Notes: generated by a model not told the origin, from the letters alone. A DNA stretch of 64,000 nucleotides from an uncultured Phycisphaerales bacterium (GCA_963758525.1 CAVWVQ010000003.1:2592001-2656000); one strand, 5' to 3'. Shown: positions 40,773-51,691, counted from the first letter of the stretch. Translations and numbers: made by a program.

Positions 40773-40958
40773 ATGGCAAAGGGTTATGACGCGTACTGCG
40801 TATTGCTGGTGTCAGCTAATGAGTTCCCGACAGATGTGATCGGGCGTGCCAGCTTCTACGTGGGCTGCACGCGGGCGATCGAGTATCTCGAAGTGTTCGC
40901 GTACGCGAACAAGGGCCTGGCGGCGGAGATGGAGGAAGCTTTGCGTCGATTGCCATGA
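40773..40958 (+). pseudogene. Remnant of an SF1 (UvrD-like) helicase C-terminus
   Basis: AKGYD..VLLV and FYVGCTRA resemble SF1 motifs V/VI; no N-terminal part present. Confidence 0.6.
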
Positions 40959-41077
40959 AACGCTGATGGGTTCATAAGTATGGCGGCAACGGGGGGAATG
41001 CCGGCTAGATCTTATCTGGCTCGTCACTGCATGAATTCACTTCCGCGTTGCCATTGTTGACACTGCACATCGCGAAA

Positions 41078-44000
41078 TCATCCATCTAGAAGTTCGCCTT
41101 CTTTCTTGGATCGGTCGATTTCCATATTCGCGTGCTTCACGAGTGACTCAAAAAACCCGCGTTCCGGAGCGCCGATGGGAAGGGATCGAACCAACTCGTC
41201 GCAGCGTTCCTTCAATGCGAGGTCCGCGGGGAATGGCTCGCCAAGTCTTCCCTGTCTGCCGCCACACGTCACAGCCGCATAAAGGTAGTCGCTTACGTTA
41301 CGGAAGCACTCTTCGCCCAATGTCGAAGCATTCTTCAAGAGTTCCATGACCCACTTGGCGTGTGCGAAAAAAGTGTTCTGCCCAGCCTTTCGAAAGAGCG
41401 GCGGAATCCGTTACGGTCGTGGTATCATGAGCACGCGACATTGCGGCGAGCAACTCCATCGAGGCTGGTGTCGTAAAATGCGCGGACATTCCCTCAAATA
41501 TATCGCCAAGTCTATGCCGCGCCCGACCATCGGCCGAGCCGAATGCCTGCGCGACCCTTCGGAGCAGTTCAGGAGCTCGCTCGTGTCCGGACATGCCATT
41601 TACTGCTTGCCCTATTTGAAATGGAACTGCTTCGTAACCAGATGATGCAGCACCGCTATCTTCTTTTTCCATTCGAGCGAAAAGCAAATCGAGCACTGTT
41701 TCGGGCATTCGCAGAGAAAGGAAGTTGAGAAACTCCAGAACCCAGTGGTCATTAATGGCAGGCACCTCGATCAGTTTTTCTGTAAGGAGGCAAAGCTGCG
41801 AATCGGTTGCCACACTCATCGGCCCTTTCTCAGTTCCATTTCCAATAAGCCACAGAAAGAGATCGTTGCACACCTCGGGCTCGCCATCGAGCTTTGCCGC
41901 AAGCGCGACTGCAAGCGCGCCGCATGGGTTGGAATCCCGCAGCGAGGCCATGGTTCTGAAGGCCGCGCGGCGGACGGCTCCATCTGGGTCTCGCACCAGC
42001 TCATGCACCAGTTTTGTTTCGGAGTCCGTGAGGCCGGTACGGGCGCGTGCAGACAAATACACCGCAGCGCCGCATCTTAGGGCCGGAGAGGCCGCCCCAG
42101 CTGCGGTCTGTGCTATCTCGAACGATTCGGTCAGGTGCTCAGCTTTCGCATGGATAAGCAGGGCCGTTAGGTGCGTTCCAACTTCCTCCAGTCCTGGTTT
42201 GATGGCGCGACGAGCCAAACTCAGTGCAAACTCTGGGTTGATCTGACCGAGAGTGCACAGAAATCGCTCGATCTGAGGTTGGATACCGCACCGCTGCAAC
42301 TCCTGAATTGCGCCAACGATCGTCGTGATAGCGGCGTCAACCGAGGGGTTTGTTGTCAAGAACTCGTTGACGAGACGGCCTCGCCGCTCTTCACGACGCT
42401 GCTGGGCTCGTTCGAATCTAGCTGAGGGATTGACTTGGCTTTCATCATCGGCGTCCTCCGTCTCGTCCCAAACATTGGTATGCCGAAGCTCTCGCAAAAG
42501 CCGAAAGGAATAGTCATCGGGAACGGATTGGATAATTCGCCTGGCGGTCTCGGCGGTGGCTCGGTTGCCGTTGTCTTCGCAATCGACCGAAACTGGTCGG
42601 TGAAGAACAGCGAAGGGCAGCAAAGCATCAATAACCACGAGCTTAACAACCGCGCTTTGATCGGATGCAGCGATGCTCGCCAAGATTTCCATCGCCTCGT
42701 TCCGTTCTCCATCCCATTGCGCATAAAAGTCGTCGGGCATCTGGAGACCCAATGGCATGGCGATGCCTGCCAGAAGATGGGTCAGACTCTGGATGACTCG
42801 AAGAACGATCCGAGGCTGGCGATTTTGAGCAAGCTTCCGGAGAAGTTCGACGGCGCGACGCCGAACGTCGGCTGTATTCTTCAGGTCTACCCCAAATGGT
42901 TCCATCGTGTTCTCGCACCGGTCGATCGGTGGGAAATCCCAGTACGCTCCAGAATTGGATCCAGCACGTCGAGCGGAGAATGCGGGTGCCTTTCTACGTC
43001 TGCATCGTTCATCCACTTTTCAATTGCGTTAAGCGTTTCAGCTTGGACTGCCACAGGCTTGTCCAAATCGTACTCGGCAATATCGAGCAAAATGCGCATT
43101 CCGTGTCCCGGATTGGGATTCGTCGCGCGCGAATCATCTCTCCCAAGTATCCATAGAATATCCAGACAACGAGGCAGGTAATCCAGATGGAACGCGATCT
43201 GCTTTAGGATTGAAGGGAGATGGTCCATTACCCTCGAATGAGAAGAGCGCAAAGCGAAGTATTCGGCAAACGCACCCGATTCGGGCACGGTCGATGGATT
43301 TGCTATCGCGTACTCAATGAGACCGAACGTGCGCTCGGGCTGCAGATGGGCGACGTCTCTGAGTGAATCCAGAAGACGCCCGCGTCCGACATGTGATGCC
43401 GATTCGAAGTTTGCCCTGATTTTCCGCCACACATTGTCGAGGATGGTGTCAGCTCCGGGCGTGGTGGATCGCAATCGCCAGTCAAGTTCGGCCAAGTTCG
43501 TGAGCACGGCACCGCTGAAGGGTTGATGGAACGCATCAAACACGGAATCAGCGTATCCTGTCGACATCCCGCCGGCCGCAACACTAGCACTATGTAGCAG
43601 ATGGTCCGCTAGCACATCCGGGACGATTCGCGCCGTGCCGCCTCGACGAATTAGCACGCCAGCCGCTTCAAGTTGTCCGAGTATCCTCGCCACATCCACC
43701 GCTGACGCACGGAGAAATTGCGCCATCATACGATGCACGTCGGTATTGCCCGCGGGTAGCGGTTGCAATGCAGCAACGAGCGGGAGTAGTTTCCGCGCAA
43801 TCTCGGCGTCATTGCCGGACGTGAAACCTGCGCTGGCTTCTTCAGCAAACCGGTCGAGCACCAGTCTCTGGAACTCCTCATGGCGCTCCAGAAGTCGGGG
43901 ATCCACTGCCTCCCTTCGAAGAAAGTATGCGGCGACTATGAGCACGAGAGGTGAGTCGCCCACCGCACCTGCAAGTGCTTCGGCATGGTTTGCATGTGAG

Positions 44001-45175
44001 GGTCCAAGCGCGTCCTTTGCCAACTGAAGTAACTGCTTCCGATCGAGGCGCGTAAGACCCGCAGGAAGCACGGTCATTTGGGAAAGGTTTGCCCACGAAA
44101 TGTCTGCCCGCAACTGACGAACTGCATATGGCCTGGTGATCAATATAAGTTTCGTGCGCCCGGGCCGATGTTTGGTGAGACTGAGTAGGGCACGAACATC
44201 GTTCCGTCTGTGCGCATCCTCCGCAATGATAACGCAGCTGCCCACCGGCAGCTCGCGGGCAGAAGTGGGGGTGAGCTGCACGCCGTCAGTCACGACACGC
44301 GCATGCCAGTCCGAGTGTCGCTCCGGGAATTTGTGCGCGAATCCCCAGACCAGACGAGATTTTCCGCTGCCTCCGACCCCGCTGAGGACGAGGACTTGCT
44401 GGTCTGCCGATTCGACAAAGGCATCCAACTCCGTGAGCTCCCGACTTCGGCCAATCAGCGGCAATGCATGATGAAAGGCACGATCAGGATTTAGAAGTTC
44501 ACGGTAAAAGAGGCCCGGCGACATAAAGGTGGGGATTACCTTGACACCCAAAAAGTCCTCCGCCCATTGCGCACCAAAATGTGAAGCAATTAATGCACGC
44601 ACGTCTTCAGCATCCATCTTCCTGATGCGCAGGACGACATCCGTCGCGTCGAGTAACTTCCATTTCCGATGTCTCTTGATCTCATCGCGAATGGGAGTGC
44701 CGACGGTACAAGCGACGATGATCGTATGGTGGGATGCGTCATAGGCGTCCTCCGCGATGGTTTGTTGTACATCAGCCTTGGTGAACCGTTTGTATTGACG
44801 GCACTGGTACGTGCCTTCGCGACCACCCGGAAGCTTGGCGACAAGATCAATGCCCTTCTGCTCGCTGCCACGCGTTCCGTACCGATGACAGTCCTTCACT
44901 TTGGGTAAAAGGCTGACAAAGTGATGCGCGAACTCCTCAAATCGCTCCCAGCCGAAATTCGGGTCAAGAAGAGGAAGAAGGGTGGGCGTGGGCTTCGCCG
45001 CCGCACCAAGAGTTGCGTGCCGGCCTGCTTTTTTCATAACCTTCTGGCTTCTTTGAACAGAATGGGCCGGGCTCTTCTTCCCACGTGAAGTGGCCACAGC
45101 AGTCTTTTTCCGCCGTGATGTTGCTTTTCGTTGCCGACTTCGGGAGCCTGGGAGATGGGCGCGTTTTTTTGCCAT
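41078..45175 (-). CDS. Restriction-endonuclease-fused STAND-like NTPase, about 1365 aa (frameshifts near 42915 and 41390)
   Basis: N-terminal WERFEEF..GSEQKGIDL..YQCR (PD-(D/E)xK type); Walker A SGVGGSGKSRL; Walker B IIAEDAH; long helical C-terminus. Confidence 0.75.
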
Positions 45176-45394
45176 TTTTAGTGCCTCCGACACCGGACGA
45201 CGTCACCAACAATGAAATTGCATCGGTCGCTAGCGCGAGTTTACAAGTTATTCGCGGTTGTGCCGAAAACCGCGGGTTTTTGGGGGTAAATCTGTATGAC
45301 CTACCTCTGGCCCTGAGAGGACCTCACAACAGCGGTTTTCTCGACGTTTACAGACATTCCTGGCATTTTTTCGTCCGTAACTTGTAAACTCGCG

Positions 45395-46450
45395 CTAGCC
45401 GGCGGCGGGGCAGGGATACGGTCCGGGGCCGATGCTACCGACGATCCGGTGGTAAAGCTTCTTCCGCAGATCTTCCGGCGATTTCCAAAGCACATGATTG
45501 AGCTGTACCGTATCGAAGTGGGCCGAGCCAAAGTGTTCTTCATGGCAAGTATGGATGACTGGGATTTTCAGACCACGCGCAAATCCAGCTTCGAAATAGA
45601 CGCCGTTCCGGTTGCCCGTGAAGTCCGCGACGACAAAGGGCGCGAGGCGGATGTCGCCCAGAATCTTGTCCATTATCCAATCGTTATGCTCCGCGAGGTC
45701 GACCCGTGTTGCGCGATACCCCGCCTGTTCAATTGCCGGCTGAATCGCCTGCTGGAAGGCCGCGTCCATGCTCTTTCTTTCGTCACTGCCGCCAAACCAC
45801 ATTGCCACGAAGACCGGGTTCTGTGGGGCGCTGGTGCCACCAGTCAGTTTCTCGAAGTGTGCCCAGCCCTCAGGCGTCAGCGTAACCTCATACCCCAGAC
45901 TGTTTGACTGCATGCCCACGAAACCGTAATCACTCAGCGCAGTCAGGTTGTAGTCGATCTCACGGGGCAACTCTGCGAACGCAATTGCGGTGTCATCCCG
46001 CCTCAGGTCTATCCGATACCCTCCCGTCGGCGAAATGCTTGCTAAGTTGCACAACGTACGATCAATCCGCTCCGGCACGGTGCGCGGCCATCGTCCCATC
46101 AATTCCTCCAAGGCAACGGGGGCGAGATCTGTGCGTTGAAGTGGACCATATGGCTCCATTCCATACTGAAGCCAGAATCGAGGCAGTGGCCGGATGGATT
46201 GCTCGCGTAGTAACGGGGAAAGATGACCGGCATTCCATCGACCCCGCAAACGCTCGCTTCGCAAGTTAACGTCGTCATGCTCGGTCACAACAAACTCCCC
46301 GCACGCTGAGCAACACACCAAGCTCGCGTCAGCGCTGTGGGCACGGTCTTCCATCGTCAGTTCGAAAGTAAACGGGACGGCAGACCCGATGCGTGTCATC
46401 GTGCAGTCTGCTCGCAGGCACACAGGACAACTGGAATCTGAAGATCTCAC
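45395..46450 (-). CDS. Zn-ribbon/wHTH protein with C-terminal nucleoside 2-deoxyribosyltransferase (TIR-like) domain
   Basis: CPVC..CSACGEF; LTPEGW; VFVAMWF..IRLAPFVVADFTGNRNGVYFEAGFARGLKIPVI. Confidence 0.75.
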   Translation of the reverse strand: MRSSDSSCPVCLRADCTMTRIGSAVPFTFELTMEDRAHSADASLVCCSACGEFVVTEHDDVNLRSERLRGRWNAGHLSPLLREQSIRPLPRFWLQYGMEPYGPLQRTDLAPVALEELMGRWPRTVPERIDRTLCNLASISPTGGYRIDLRRDDTAIAFAELPREIDYNLTALSDYGFVGMQSNSLGYEVTLTPEGWAHFEKLTGGTSAPQNPVFVAMWFGGSDERKSMDAAFQQAIQPAIEQAGYRATRVDLAEHNDWIMDKILGDIRLAPFVVADFTGNRNGVYFEAGFARGLKIPVIHTCHEEHFGSAHFDTVQLNHVLWKSPEDLRKKLYHRIVGSIGPGPYPCPAAG

Positions 46451-46544
46451 GATTTACTCCGAGGTTGAGGTGGACGATCAACATTGCTACTGCGTTCGTT
46501 TACAGTCAGATGATTCTATCCCACGCTTCTATTTCGAGACGCGT

Positions 46545-47537
46545 TCATTCCCTCGGTGGACCGTAGTTCCGCCGGATGCGCGGGCGGTAGGGGGCCGTGG
46601 TCCCTTCGCCCGTCGCCACTTTCGGGAACACTTGGAGATGCACGACCACCTCGTCGTTCCATACCAGTGACGCCGCCGCCAGATCGCTTTCTTCCATCCG
46701 CCATTCCTTGCCGTCGCCGGGCGGATTGAAACCTTCCCACTTGCCGGCAATGGCACGGTCCAGCACCGCGCGGATCACCTGCCCCTCATCTGATCCCGGC
46801 TGCGCCGGATCAACTGGCGCTGCGAGCAGGTCGATTGCGTAACTGTCCACCAACGATTCCCAGAAATACTGGAGCGTGGTGTGACGGTCGAAGAGATCGA
46901 GCCCCTGGAACTTGCCGCCGTGAAGGACAGCCACGCCCACAGCGTCAGTCGGCAGTTGCAGGCTGCCGCGGAAGGCGCGGAGATCTGTCTCCCGCTTCGC
47001 ATATGCATCGCTCAACGCGCTGGTCGGGCTGCTGGAACCGGATGCTTCCAGAGATTGTGCCACTTCATTCCAGACCGCCCCCTGGTCGGCATCGTGCCGG
47101 CCGTCAGACTTGAGGTTCTGGTGCACGCGGGAGAGCTTTGCAGACCGCGTGCGATGGCTGGCGGACCTGCCGCTGGAGAATGACGGGCTGGCGTGACTCC
47201 AACGTCCCTGCTCGACACAGCTGACGGGAATCTTCAAGGTAGCCTGGGCGGGAACCAGCACATCGGTGTTGAGAATGCGGTTCTGCTTGGCCCCGACAAG
47301 TTCCTGGCCGTCCATGAGGAACACCCGCACGTCGAGCTTATTCTCCACTTGCAGCTCCGGTACGCTGCCGCTCTGGCTGATCTCCGTGATTACCACGCTG
47401 GCCAGCGTCTCCTGGCGCAGCAGCTCATACGGCGGCTGATCATGGGAACGGCCGAGTATTGGGACGAACTTGAGCTTCTGGCCCTGGCTGTGATCTGCTG
47501 AAACGGTTCTGGCACGGTGAATAATTGCCTCTGGCAT
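46545..47537 (-). CDS. ARPP-1/DUF6569 family protein
   Basis: ITEISQSGSVPELQVEN..FLMDGQELVGAKQNRILN, IPVSCVEQGRW, DQGAVWNEV. Confidence 0.85.
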   Translation of the reverse strand: MPEAIIHRARTVSADHSQGQKLKFVPILGRSHDQPPYELLRQETLASVVITEISQSGSVPELQVENKLDVRVFLMDGQELVGAKQNRILNTDVLVPAQATLKIPVSCVEQGRWSHASPSFSSGRSASHRTRSAKLSRVHQNLKSDGRHDADQGAVWNEVAQSLEASGSSSPTSALSDAYAKRETDLRAFRGSLQLPTDAVGVAVLHGGKFQGLDLFDRHTTLQYFWESLVDSYAIDLLAAPVDPAQPGSDEGQVIRAVLDRAIAGKWEGFNPPGDGKEWRMEESDLAAASLVWNDEVVVHLQVFPKVATGEGTTAPYRPRIRRNYGPPRE

Positions 47538-47576
47538 TGCGGCTCCTTTTTTGTGGCCCCCCCTTCAATAACAGAT

Positions 47577-47644
47577 GCTCCTGACAGCAGTGTGTCAGTG
47601 GGCTCTGCAAAGAAGTTTGGCGAATCCGTTTTGAGCGTTACATT
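47577..47644. promoter_or_regulatory. TGACA-N6-TGTCA box plus rightward sigma70-like promoter
   Basis: TGACAgcagtgTGTCA (47582-47597); TTGGCG-16 nt-TACATT. Confidence 0.65.
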
Positions 47645-47746
47645 TCGCTCACGGCTTATCGCGACCGAGGACAGCAGACCCGTTGGTGAGGGAGTCGAAC
47701 GGATTCGAGAACCCTGTGGGCAGCTGGTGGGCGAATCGAGGATGCT

Positions 47747-49357
47747 GTGATATTTCCCACGGATTGGATCAAGCAGGCCATCCTCCACCCCGAGCAGGCA
47801 GTCCGAGCGACCGCATTGCTGTACTTCACCGAGTCATTCAGCGATGACCCTGCGGTGATGCCGTTCGTGATCCAGGCGGTCGAACGATACGGCAAAGAAA
47901 CCTCCTTTGATCTGCTCCGTCACGCCGAATGGCTGTGCCAGACTCCGGCGACCGTTGATTGGCTCATCGGCCAGCTTCGCTGTGAGCTCGACACCACAGA
48001 CATCAACGAGGACAACCTGCGCTTTGCCCTCGCACTCATCCTGTGCCACGCCGAACCGCAACTGCTGGCCCACCGTTACGGCGAGATTATCGCTTCCCCT
48101 GCTTTTCCCGAGTCGCTCAGGGAACCGCTGCGTGAGTGTCTGAAAATGGAATTCTCCGACTGGCTGACGCTATGGAAGATGTTTGAGGAACTCGCCCGGC
48201 AGACGATGGAGAATCAGAGACTGTCGAGGGCCGACTACCACCGATATCACCGCATAATGCGGGCGCTGGCCCGCCACACAGCCGCGGACGCGGACTTGGT
48301 GCTGTCATTGTTGCGCGATTACCGAGGTCACGACCAGGCACTGGTGGTGTGGTTGGAGCCGTGTATCGTTGAACTTGCCGGGCGATTGCGGCTGGTCGAT
48401 GCGATCCCACTGATCCTTGAGCGAATCGACGCCGACACGGATGCCGTGGTGGACGAGATCAGCAACGCCCTCATCCGGATCGGGGGCGATGCCGTGGTAA
48501 CCGCCGTCATCAAGAGATGGCCTTCGGCCCGCACGAACTCCCGATACATACTGGCTGAGGCTCTGCAACACATCCACACAGATACGGCCCATAAACATCT
48601 GCTTGACTGCTTGAAAGCGCCTGACGATTGTGATCTGGAAATCTACATCACCAACTGTGCACTGGGGCACTTCAGCCAGCGAGCCAACGAGGCGGCACGG
48701 CAACTGTTGCTCGAATTCGGCGAGGAGGAACTGAGTGGCGAGCATTGGGATTTACGTTACCACCTGATTGCCGCCGCCACATTGATGGAGGAATCTTTCC
48801 CAGAATATGAGGCGTGGCATGAGGAGGCGGTGAGAAGCAACTACGGCAGGACGAAGCTCAGGCAGGACAAGCCCAGGCGATTGGCCGATGCCTTCACGGG
48901 AGACGAGGAAGCACCCTCACCTTCGAGCGGCGGCAGGAGCAGCAGTGTGCCTGCAAAACCGAGGCGCAAATTGGAGGTCCAAAGATCCAGTAGCGGTTGC
49001 GGCGACAATGCTGCGCCCACAAACCAGAACGAATCCGTCAGCACGATCTCTGTCTCGGCCGACCAACTCTGGAAAGATTTCCAGGAGAACGAAGTCGCGG
49101 CCAACATGAGATACAAGGGGAAAACCGTAAGGGTCGAAGGAAGCGTCGCAGCTATCAAGGTCAAATCCGGCAGGCCCCACATTTACCTGCGGAGTGAATA
49201 TGATGGCGTAGACTGCGCATTCACGGATTCTGACAATGCTGATCTGGCGAGGTTGAGCAAGGGCAGCCTTGTTGCCGTTCAAGGTGACTGCACGGGCATG
49301 GTTTACGGGATCGTGGTGGCGCTGGACAATTGTCGATTGATTCAGGGAAGTTCATGA
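47747..49357 (+). CDS. HEAT-repeat protein fused to a C-terminal OB-fold (tRNA_anti-like) domain
   Basis: ILHPEQAVRATALLYF, AIPLIL..ALIRIGGDAVV; C-terminal SADQLWKDFQENEVAANMRYKGKTVRVEG..GSLVAVQGDCTG. Confidence 0.7.
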   Translation: MIFPTDWIKQAILHPEQAVRATALLYFTESFSDDPAVMPFVIQAVERYGKETSFDLLRHAEWLCQTPATVDWLIGQLRCELDTTDINEDNLRFALALILCHAEPQLLAHRYGEIIASPAFPESLREPLRECLKMEFSDWLTLWKMFEELARQTMENQRLSRADYHRYHRIMRALARHTAADADLVLSLLRDYRGHDQALVVWLEPCIVELAGRLRLVDAIPLILERIDADTDAVVDEISNALIRIGGDAVVTAVIKRWPSARTNSRYILAEALQHIHTDTAHKHLLDCLKAPDDCDLEIYITNCALGHFSQRANEAARQLLLEFGEEELSGEHWDLRYHLIAAATLMEESFPEYEAWHEEAVRSNYGRTKLRQDKPRRLADAFTGDEEAPSPSSGGRSSSVPAKPRRKLEVQRSSSGCGDNAAPTNQNESVSTISVSADQLWKDFQENEVAANMRYKGKTVRVEGSVAAIKVKSGRPHIYLRSEYDGVDCAFTDSDNADLARLSKGSLVAVQGDCTGMVYGIVVALDNCRLIQGSS

Positions 49358-49457
49358 ACTGCTGCGGATGGCCAGGACCATCGCCGCACTGTGGTGCCCC
49401 ATGCCTCCCGCCACGCCTGAGGGCTTTTGCCACGACGCTGCTGGTAAACGAGCACAC

Positions 49458-49526
49458 GCTCCTGACAGCATTGTGTCAGCGACGCTCCCAGCAAATTTTG
49501 GCGAAACAGTTTTTCACCGTTAGGAT
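49458..49526. promoter_or_regulatory. TGACA-N6-TGTCA box plus sigma70-like promoter of the WYL gene
   Basis: TGACAgcattgTGTCA (49463-49478); TTGGCG-17 nt-TAGGAT. Confidence 0.7.
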
Positions 49527-49557
49527 GCCGCTTACCACTGACACAGGGGTGCTCGCG

Positions 49558-50598
49558 ATGGCTGCGGACTACTCTCGGATTCACCGGCTGCTCAAGATCC
49601 TCATGCTCATCCAGGGGCAGAAAGATTGGACCGCCAAGCGCCTGGCGCTGGAATGTCACACCACCGAGCGAAGCATCTACCGTGATCTCAAGATGCTGCA
49701 GGGAGCGGGCGTGCCGTATTTCTTTGACAAGGAGAATGGCGGATACGCCGTGCAGAGGGACTTCTTCATGCCGGCGGTGGCTCTCACCCTTGAAGAGTCC
49801 CTGGCCCTGGTGGCGCTGGCCGAGCAAGTAGGGGGGCGCGAGCAGGTGCCATTCACCAAGGCGGCCGCCAAGGCAATCGCCAAGATCCGCTGCAACCTGC
49901 CGCCGAAGGTGCAGCAGGAGCTGCAGAAGATCGACGATCTGGTCGCTATTCACCTCTCACCCGTGAATCCACCGGAGGGCACGGAAGATGTCTACGAGGT
50001 GGTGCGGGCGGCGCTGGCCAACCGCAAGACGCTGGAATGCAGCTACGACTCAATCGGCGCGAGTCAGAAGGGGGTTGATGGCAATGGCGGTGTGAAAGAG
50101 ATCTTTTTGTTCAGGCCGTACACGCTGCTGTTCAGCCAGCGGGCCTGGTACGCGCTGGGGCACCACGATGGCAGAGGTGCCGTGCGGTGTCTGAAGCTGA
50201 ACCGCTTCACACGCTGCAAATCTACCGAGATTCTTTATGACATTCCCAAGAGCTTTGCGGTCGGCAAACATCTGGGCAATGCGTGGCGGATGATCCGGGG
50301 GAGCAAGTCATACGATGTCGAGTTGCGGTTCGATGCCGAGTTCGCCGAGACCATTGCCGACACGCACTGGCACGCAACGCAGGAAGTGATCTGGAACGAC
50401 GACGAGTCAATCACGTTCTGGTGCGAAGTAGACGGTTTGGACGAAATCGTGTGGTGGATCCTGGGGATGGGCCCGCACTGCGTGGTGAAGAAGCCGGCGG
50501 AGTTGGCGAGCCAGGTCAGTGGTCTGGCCGCGGCGATCGTCAAGCAGTACGACGCGAAGCCCTCCAGCAAGCCCCGCAAAAAGATAACTTCACTGTGA
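49558..50598 (+). CDS. wHTH-WYL-WCX transcriptional regulator (YafY/PafBC-like)
   Basis: RIHRLLKIL..LALECHTTERSIYRDLKML; PYTLLFSQRAWYALG..RCLKLNRF; EIVWWILGMG. Confidence 0.92.
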   Translation: MAADYSRIHRLLKILMLIQGQKDWTAKRLALECHTTERSIYRDLKMLQGAGVPYFFDKENGGYAVQRDFFMPAVALTLEESLALVALAEQVGGREQVPFTKAAAKAIAKIRCNLPPKVQQELQKIDDLVAIHLSPVNPPEGTEDVYEVVRAALANRKTLECSYDSIGASQKGVDGNGGVKEIFLFRPYTLLFSQRAWYALGHHDGRGAVRCLKLNRFTRCKSTEILYDIPKSFAVGKHLGNAWRMIRGSKSYDVELRFDAEFAETIADTHWHATQEVIWNDDESITFWCEVDGLDEIVWWILGMGPHCVVKKPAELASQVSGLAAAIVKQYDAKPSSKPRKKITSL

Positions 50599-50662
50599 CG
50601 CGGTGCTGTCAGAGAGCCGCGGCACCGTGCTGCTGGAACATAGAATTAGGCAAGGAAGCCTC

Positions 50663-50944
50663 ATGGCGCAGAAGCGGCAAGAAATCACTGGTGCGAAGAC
50701 CATGTCTGACGAGCGGATATGTCGGTGGGCGATGCTGGCAACGATGCGCACTCTCCGGCTGTCGTTGCGGAAGGGGAGGCCGATCAGTCTGCCCAACCTG
50801 CTGCGCCTGTTCCAGCGAAGATGCGCCGAACGAGCTCTCGCTGGCAACCAGGCACGTGCTCATCACCGGCTGGAGAGTTGGTATCGCCAACATCAGCCGT
50901 TTCAGCAACTGGCCCGACGGTGGTGCTGCCCGCCGCCTCGCTGA
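50663..50944 (+). CDS. Small hypothetical protein, 3' end possibly clipped by the IS remnant
   Basis: AAGGAAG RBS just downstream of the palindromic box at 50596-50611. Confidence 0.4.
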   Translation: MAQKRQEITGAKTMSDERICRWAMLATMRTLRLSLRKGRPISLPNLLRLFQRRCAERALAGNQARAHHRLESWYRQHQPFQQLARRWCCPPPR

Positions 50945-51017
50945 GGCGGACTTCAAGGCTCTGCGCGAGGCCCGAAAGACGATGTTGTTTGAGCGTCTGC
51001 AACAGGGAAGATCTCAT
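50925..51017 (-). pseudogene. N-terminal remnant of an IS21 IstB helper ATPase
   Basis: MRSSLLQTLKQHRLSGLAQSLEVRLSEAAG resembles the IstB N-terminus. Confidence 0.55.
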
Positions 51018-51170
51018 GGATTGAGCTCGGGTACTGAAGGTTGTTGGGAAGCGGTTCAAACTTGACGCTTCCGTGCCTTCGCAACGCGGAATTCTGGCGA
51101 TCCGGTGAAATTTCCTAAGATCGTCGTCCCAGTCGTTTTTTACCCTTCTCGCTGCTATTATTGCCGAGCT

Positions 51171-51557
51171 ATGACCCGAATTCCCGATGAAGTGATCCGC
51201 CGCTTTGCGTACAAACGCCATCTGCCACTCGGGGATGCAAGAGGTGTCTTTTCGGACTTGGAGGACTTCCTTGATGCGGCGTCACGCCGCAAGATGGTCC
51301 CGTCCGTGGCCGTTGATGCAGCTTGGCACGAGTTCATTCTTCACACACGGCAGTACGCACAATTTTGTCAAGACCGTTACGGCTGCATGGTCCATCACGT
51401 CCCGACTTCTCCGTGCTCTCTCAACAATGTGGGCGAGATCACAGAAGATTCAACTGCCGGGAACGTTGAATGCGATTCGGATTGTGCTTCTGACAGTCCA
51501 AGCTCACCAATGGAATCGTCATCGTTGAGAACGCGATTGGTCGAAACTGCTAGATAG
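51171..51557 (+). CDS. GRDP-like (glycine-rich-domain/TIGR04222-like) small protein
   Basis: VPSVAVDAAWHEFILHTRQYAQFC..YG.MVHHVP motif. Confidence 0.7.
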   Translation: MTRIPDEVIRRFAYKRHLPLGDARGVFSDLEDFLDAASRRKMVPSVAVDAAWHEFILHTRQYAQFCQDRYGCMVHHVPTSPCSLNNVGEITEDSTAGNVECDSDCASDSPSSPMESSSLRTRLVETAR

Positions 51558-51691
51558 CTACCCCAGAAATTGGGTGTGAGCGTGCGGGTTCATTCGGTAA
51601 CGCGCTGCCGATGGCTTGCAGCAATTCCACCATTGGGATTACCAGATAGGAAGATTTCCAACCTGCTGTTAACGCATCGGAATCTGTATCG

